Assembly (NCBI GenBank): GCA_965203325.1
Contig: OZ241875.1
Span: forward strand, 3,040,001 to 3,104,000
Length of the DNA: 64,000 nucleotides
Direction of reading: 5' to 3'
Source of the DNA: a bacterium
GTDB lineage: Bacteria > UBA8248
This document shows positions 58,993-64,000 of this stretch, piece after piece. Numbering within the stretch: position 1 is the first letter of the stretch; the number at the start of each line of letters is the position of its first letter. The notes beneath the pieces were generated by a model. The model made no database searches. It was given only the letters and a program-made list of their open reading frames with translations, and was not told where the DNA came from. The position numbers were made by a program, and so were the translations under genes.

Positions 58993-59643
58993 ATCCTCAG
59001 GAAGATTTTCGGCTGGTTCACGCAAAAGGACGACCCCCCCTCCGGGGGTGGGCCTCCTCCTGGGGGCGGCGGCTTCGGTTTGCCCATGGCCCCCGACCAG
59101 GTGGAGCAGGAGGCCCTTTTCGCCGAAAAAATCGAAGCCCACGGCAAGTGGCTGCAGAGTTCGGGCGCGCGCGGGGAGCGCGCGGATTTTGCAGGCGCGA
59201 ATCTCGAAATCATCAGCCTTTTCATGGTGAATCTCACCAAAGCGGATTTGCGCGAAGCGCGTCTCGCGGGCGCCAATGCGCAATGGGCGAACCTGGACGG
59301 TGCGGACTTAACGGGCGCCAATCTCGAAGGAGCCGATCTGTTCCAGTCCAGCCTCGAGGGCGCGAACCTCACCGGCGCGCGGATGGCCGGGGCGAACATG
59401 ATGTCGGCGGGTCTCAAGTTCGCGGATTTGACGGGCGCAGACTTGAGCGGAGCCGACCTGCGCGGCGCCTCGCTTCAGCGGGCGAAACTCGGGGGCGCGA
59501 ACCTGGCGGACGCGCTCATCGACGACGCCGATCTGGAGCTTGCCGACATCCGGGGCGTCGACCTCTCGGGCGTGAAGGGGCTGACGCCCGAGCAGGCCGA
59601 AGGCGCGCTCAAGGACGGGGAGACGCTCTTTCCGGATGTGTAA
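58993..59643 (+). CDS. Pentapeptide-repeat protein (start probably ATC 58993; first ATG 59086)
   Basis: Tandem A(D/N)LxG repeats; open frame from 58948. Confidence 0.85.
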   Translation: MLRKIFGWFTQKDDPPSGGGPPPGGGGFGLPMAPDQVEQEALFAEKIEAHGKWLQSSGARGERADFAGANLEIISLFMVNLTKADLREARLAGANAQWANLDGADLTGANLEGADLFQSSLEGANLTGARMAGANMMSAGLKFADLTGADLSGADLRGASLQRAKLGGANLADALIDDADLELADIRGVDLSGVKGLTPEQAEGALKDGETLFPDV

Positions 59644-59710
59644 GGCCTATCTCCGGGATATTTCCTTGCGGCCGTAATGGAAGTGAAATGCTGAAAAGGC
59701 GTTGATTACA

Positions 59711-60142
59711 TCATGTGAGCAGAGGCTCGACTTCTGAAGAAGATACGAGTTCTTTAATCAGCCCGTAATTGAGGCGCTGGTTCTCCCGCTTGAGATTTGG
59801 GATTTCTTTTTCGACGAACTCATTGATTTCAATGGGGATTCGTTGAGGATTCTTATCCCCGTAATTTATCAGAAGCCCCATGAGTTTTCCGCTGTTCTCC
59901 CCGACGAATATACTTGTCGTATCGTTGCGCTTTTGCTCTATGGCTTTTTCGTTGTCGATGTAATGGAACGTGAGCTTCATTTTTTCTTGTTCTTCATCGG
60001 TATTCACTGTGAGTGATTTCGGAATATCGAACACGGACAGTGAAATAGATATTTTGACGCCGTTGATGTTTTTTTTCACTTCCTGCGCTTCAAGGAGATG
60101 ATGGAAGTTTTCTGAATCGAGTATGATGGTTTTTTCCGTCAT
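59711..60142 (-). CDS. Hypothetical protein, AT-rich gene
   Basis: 143-aa frame from ATG 60142 after a purine-rich RBS; much lower GC than its neighbours. Confidence 0.65.
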   Translation of the reverse strand: MTEKTIILDSENFHHLLEAQEVKKNINGVKISISLSVFDIPKSLTVNTDEEQEKMKLTFHYIDNEKAIEQKRNDTTSIFVGENSGKLMGLLINYGDKNPQRIPIEINEFVEKEIPNLKRENQRLNYGLIKELVSSSEVEPLLT

Positions 60143-60254
60143 TGGGTTTTCTTCCCTTTCCGGGCCCTCAATACGCAGGCAAGCTATATTCTGAATGTAT
60201 ATGTGGGGCATAAAGAAAACAATGGTAGCTGCAAGAGGTGGTGCGGTTTTGTCC

Positions 60255-60398
60255 GTCATTCCGGCGAAAGCCGGAATCCATTTGTTTTGTCTTTTGTTTT
60301 TTTATTTTTCTGATTGGTTTCCGCGAATGACGAGGAGATGAAAAGCTGGCGTATTGTCATTCTGCTTGAAAATGGATTCCGGCTTTCGCCGGAATGAC
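60255..60398. repeat. Inverted pair of 26-bp ATTCCGGC palindromes 2
   Basis: GTCATTCCGGCGAAAGCCGGAATCCA at 60255; reverse complement at 60373-60398. Confidence 0.9.
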
Positions 60399-60548
60399 GG
60401 TGGTGGTGAATTCCGAGCGAGGAGGGGTTTTTCAACAACCCTGCATTTGAAGGTATTGTTGCCTTCTTTCCATTCTCCCATCTTTTTCTTTTACAAGATT
60501 CGGTTTATGATAAATTTTTTGGGAAATAACGAGCAGGAGTGATTCGGC

Positions 60549-61643
60549 ATGCCGCAGACGACGCAAACCGTGGATCAGGAAGTCGATTTGGTGGAGTACT
60601 ATTTTGAGGAGGGATTCTCGGACGGGCTTCCCGTCGTCCCGCCCACGCCCGAGAAGATAGACGCCGCCGTCGCGGCCCTGGGCGGAGATAAAGACTACAT
60701 TGAGTGCCGCGTGCCCCCGCGATGGGGTAACCTCACGAGAGAGGTTCTGGCGATCAACATGGTGATGGCGGGGTGTAAGACGGAATACGCGCCCGTGGTC
60801 CGCGCGGCGATGTCGGCGCTTTGCGACCCACACTTCAACCTGAACGGGGTGCAGGCCACCACCCACATGGCGTGCCCGCTCGTCGTGGTGAACGGCCCGG
60901 TTCGCGGCGAGATCGGCATGAACGCGGGCTGCAACGTATTCGGCTCAGGCAACCGCGCGAACGCGACGATAGGCCGCGCGGTGCGGATGATGCTCTTGAA
61001 CGTGGGCGGCGCGTGGCCGGGCGATCTGGACAAGAGCACGCTGGGCTGTCCCACCAAATACACCTACTGCATCGCGGAGAACGAAGAAGCCAGCCCCTGG
61101 GCGCCCTATCACGTGGAACAGGGCTACGCGCCCGAGGATTCCACGGTCTTCGCCATCGCGGCCGAAGCGCCCCACAGCGTGACGAACCACATCTCCGATG
61201 ATCCCGAGGGGGTCCTCGACAGCATCTGCTCGGCGATGAGCACGATCGCGCACAACAATTCGGTGAGCAGCGGCTCGTGCGCCGTCGTCATCAGCCCCGA
61301 GCACGGGGCGACCATCAGTGCGAAAAACTGGACGCGAAACGACGTGAAGAGCTATCTGTGGATGCACACCAGGAACACGTTCGCCGATATCTCGTTCAAC
61401 CACCGCTACGGGAAGGTCTACAACCGCAACATCCCCAAGTGGTACAGGCGCGAGCCGGACGAGAGAATCCCCATCGTTCCCAGTCCCGAGAACATCCACC
61501 TGTTCGTGGCGGGCGGGGATGCGGGCCGTTTTTCCGCCTTCATTCCCGGCTGGGGCCACATGACGAACCCGGTGCTTCGCGCAATCGACGGCAAGACGCT
61601 CGAAGGCGGACCCGTCTGCGTGGACGGCACCTGTCTGCTATAG
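60549..61643 (+). CDS. Uncharacterised Cys-rich protein, partner of the UGSC selenoprotein
   Basis: SDGLPVVPPT, INMVMAGC, RANATIGRA, AENEEASPW motifs; C-terminal CVDGTC. Confidence 0.8.
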   Translation: MPQTTQTVDQEVDLVEYYFEEGFSDGLPVVPPTPEKIDAAVAALGGDKDYIECRVPPRWGNLTREVLAINMVMAGCKTEYAPVVRAAMSALCDPHFNLNGVQATTHMACPLVVVNGPVRGEIGMNAGCNVFGSGNRANATIGRAVRMMLLNVGGAWPGDLDKSTLGCPTKYTYCIAENEEASPWAPYHVEQGYAPEDSTVFAIAAEAPHSVTNHISDDPEGVLDSICSAMSTIAHNNSVSSGSCAVVISPEHGATISAKNWTRNDVKSYLWMHTRNTFADISFNHRYGKVYNRNIPKWYRREPDERIPIVPSPENIHLFVAGGDAGRFSAFIPGWGHMTNPVLRAIDGKTLEGGPVCVDGTCLL

Positions 61644-61669
61644 AGATTTGGAGAAAACGGGAGGAAACC

Positions 61670-62212
61670 ATGAGTGACGTCATCACCGGCCAGGTCGTCT
61701 ACGACCCCCGAGGGGTGGTCGAGGCAGCGGCCCAACCCACCGCGCAGCGCGTCCGGGATTTGAAGGGTCTCAAGCTCGGCGTCCTGGACAACACGAAGTG
61801 GAACGGGCGCAGGCTGCTCGAAAAAACCACGGCGCTGATGGAGGCGGAAGGCCCCTTCGCCGAGGTGCGCTACTACAAGAAAGAGAGCTTTTCCAAGAAC
61901 GCGGCGCCCGAGTTGATCGCGCAAATCGCGGAGGAGAACGACGTCGTCCTGACGGCGATCGGCGACTGAGGCTCCTGCACTTCGTGCTGTATGCACGATG
62001 CGATCTCCCTGGAAGAAAAAGGGGTGCCCACCGCCGTGGTGGTGACGGAGGTCTTCCTGCACGAAGCCCATGTGCAAAGGGCGGCTTTGGGCATGAACGG
62101 CCTCGACCCGGTGGTCATCCAGCACCCCCTGAGCACGCTCTCGGATGAGGAAATCTCCGCGCGCGCGGGCGATGCGGCTCGCCAGGCGGTGAAGATTCTG
62201 CTCGAAGGCTAA
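61670..62212 (+). CDS. UGSC-motif selenoprotein, Sec at TGA 61967-61969, 180 aa
   Basis: GGAGG RBS, ATG 61670; read-through gives TAIGD-U-GSCTSCCMHD, joining two same-frame ORFs; LDNTKWN motif. Confidence 0.9.
61977..62001 (+). promoter_or_regulatory. Candidate bacterial SECIS element
   Basis: GCA-(CT bulge)-TCGTGC-loop TGTAT-GCACGA-TGC; loop G 20 nt after the TGA. Confidence 0.65.
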
Positions 62213-62223
62213 TTCGGCTTTTC

Positions 62224-63456
62224 ATGACGAAGCCATTAGAAGGCATCCGCGTCCTCGACCTGACGCAGTTTCTCTCGGGTCCGCAGGCCACGCTTTTTCT
62301 GGCGGGGATGGGGGCCGAGGTCATCCGAATCGACAATCCGGCCACGGGCGACCCGGTGGCCTATTCTCCTCCCTACATCGGCGAGAAGGGCGTCTCCTAC
62401 CATCCCCAGACAGATGAAGACCTGGGAATGGCTTACTTGAAGCGTACGCGCGCCAAAAAGGCGATTACCTTGAACATCAAGGACCCCCGGGGTCTCGAGA
62501 TGTTCTACGGGCTCGTGGATCAATCCGACATCCTGGTGGAGAATTTCTCCGTCGGCGTCACGAAAAGGCTCAAGATCGACTACGAGACGCTTCACGCGCG
62601 GAAACCCTCCCTGGTCTACTGCTCCATCACGGGCTACGGCCAGACGGGGCCGGATGCGGGCCTCAAGGGCTACGACGCCGTCTCCCAGGCGGCCTCGGGA
62701 CTCATGAACCTCACGGGATTCCCCGACGGCCCGCCCACCAAGGCGGGCTCCGCGCTCGGTGATAGCGTGGGCGGCACGTTCGCCTTCGGTGCCATCATGA
62801 CGGCGCTCTTTCACCGCGAGCGCACCGGGGAGGGCCAGCAGGTCGACATTTCGATGATCGACTGCATCTTTTCCCTGATCTTCGATGAGCCGATGGATTT
62901 TTACGAACAACTGGGCCTCCCGCCGCGCATCGGCAACCGCATCATGCGGCTCGCCCCGTTCAACGCCTATGAGACGAAAGACGGTTGGGTCATCATCGCC
63001 TCGGGCACCAACGCGCATTGGCACAACATACTGCGCGGCATCGAGCGCGCCGATCTGATCGGCGATGAACGATACGAGGACATGAGCCGGCGCGTGAGCA
63101 GAGTCGCGGAGGTTGACGCCATCATCACCGAATGGACGAAGCGCCGCGAGGCGAAAGAAGCGGTCTCCTCCCTGCGCGCGCAAGACGTCATCTGCGGGCC
63201 GGTGAACACCATCGAGGACATCCTCGCCTGGCCCCACATGCAGGAACGCGGGATGATAGTCGACATCGAACACCCCACCCTGGGAACCCTCAAAAGCGCG
63301 AAAGCCCCCGGTTTTCCCTTCAAGTTCAGCGAGATGGAGGGCGGCTACGCTGCCCCCGCCCCGCTCGTGGGCCAGCACAACGCGGAGATCCTCGGCGGTC
63401 TTCTCGGCGTATCGGACGCGGAGTTGAAAGAGCTGGCGGATGAGGGTGTGGTCTAG
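62224..63456 (+). CDS. Class III CoA-transferase (CaiB/BaiF), paralogue B
   Basis: PLEGIRVLDLT, DILVENF, GYDAVSQA, LGDSVGG, APLVGQHN. Confidence 0.93.
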   Translation: MTKPLEGIRVLDLTQFLSGPQATLFLAGMGAEVIRIDNPATGDPVAYSPPYIGEKGVSYHPQTDEDLGMAYLKRTRAKKAITLNIKDPRGLEMFYGLVDQSDILVENFSVGVTKRLKIDYETLHARKPSLVYCSITGYGQTGPDAGLKGYDAVSQAASGLMNLTGFPDGPPTKAGSALGDSVGGTFAFGAIMTALFHRERTGEGQQVDISMIDCIFSLIFDEPMDFYEQLGLPPRIGNRIMRLAPFNAYETKDGWVIIASGTNAHWHNILRGIERADLIGDERYEDMSRRVSRVAEVDAIITEWTKRREAKEAVSSLRAQDVICGPVNTIEDILAWPHMQERGMIVDIEHPTLGTLKSAKAPGFPFKFSEMEGGYAAPAPLVGQHNAEILGGLLGVSDAELKELADEGVV

Positions 63457-63625
63457 GGGGTCGATTCCGAGCGAGAAGCGAGGAATTGCGAACCGATGCG
63501 TTTCTCATCCGCAGCAAACGCTCTTTCCCCGGGGTTGTCGAAAAACCTCCCTCTTCGGCGGGGGCATCGCCTTTATCCCCTTGAGGGGGGTTGTTGAAAA
63601 AGCCCCTCGATGTGGGAAAACCACC

Positions 63626-63840
63626 GTCATTCCGGCGAAAGCCGGAATCCATTATATGATTTTTGTTTTCGTTTTCGCTTTTGACTCCGGCTCGAGGGAA
63701 GGAGCGCCGCGCCCGAATTCGGAACGGATGAGGCGAATTTATATGGCGGCGTCCAAATCTTCCCCGGTCGGGAGAGAGAGCGTCCGGGCGAAAGGCCAAA
63801 GACAAAGCCGAAAATGGATTCCGGCTTTCGCCGGAATGAC
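63626..63840. repeat. Inverted pair of 26-bp ATTCCGGC palindromes 3
   Basis: GTCATTCCGGCGAAAGCCGGAATCCA at 63626; reverse complement at 63815-63840. Confidence 0.9.
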
Positions 63841-63897
63841 GAACAAAGGCGAAGGTTAATCTCAATCGAAGCGAGGCTATTTCAGTAAGCCCCTCAA

Positions 63898-63917
63898 GGG
63901 GTTGTTGAAAAACTCCG
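63898..63917. repeat. GGGTTGTTGAAAAA motif, possibly an IS/MITE end
   Basis: Related motifs near 63531 and 63587, and inverted near 29934 and 60428. Confidence 0.45.
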
Positions 63918-64000
63918 AAAAGAAGAGGTTGACCTGACGGAACAGGCCCGCCGATTCTTGCCTGCGCAAGGCCAGGGCGCGGGGCGTGAACATGGAGTTT

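Noticed and set aside
37003..63840. CRISPR array from the palindromic repeats
   Set aside because: The repeats are inverted pairs or dispersed singles, not tandem direct repeats with regular spacers, and there are no cas genes
63440..63859. Small ORFs over the repeat regions (also 36826-37409 and 60256-60542)
   Set aside because: These are translations of the repeats (VIPAKAGIH, MDSGFRRND), not credible genes
63897..64000. Start of an insertion sequence at the window end
   Set aside because: Only an end-like motif is visible, with no transposase sequence inside the window

Overview
This is a GC-rich bacterial chromosomal segment with about 56 CDS. I saw no rRNA, tRNA, CRISPR array, transposase or transcription-factor gene. 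Housekeeping genes are ppk1-ppx, rimO, csaA, gpmI and ctpA. They are interspersed with many uptake and catabolic modules: two TAXI-TRAP systems around a DapA-like enzyme, TctCBA, a branched-chain-type ABC transporter, hydantoinase A/B, two CaiB/BaiF CoA-transferases, several hydrolases and several dehydrogenases. The strongest hidden signal is two selenoprotein genes that the ORF track splits at in-frame TGA codons, each with a SECIS-like hairpin. One is a GrdB/PrdB-like UxxC protein (35936-36829) with no reductase partners nearby. The other is a UGSC-motif protein (61670-62212) in an apparent operon with an uncharacterised Cys-rich partner and a CoA-transferase. A close paralogue of that CoA-transferase sits instead behind a tandem pair of QueG/reductive-dehalogenase-like cobalamin/Fe-S proteins, which suggests two alternative reductive modules feeding similar CoA chemistry (inference). 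Also notable are a flavodiiron/MBL-fold gene pair with one degenerate member, a probable ATC start codon, and at least four families of intergenic palindromic repeats. Some of these repeats bracket a parDE module and a hydrolase gene. All family assignments are by eye from recalled motifs; no database searches were run.
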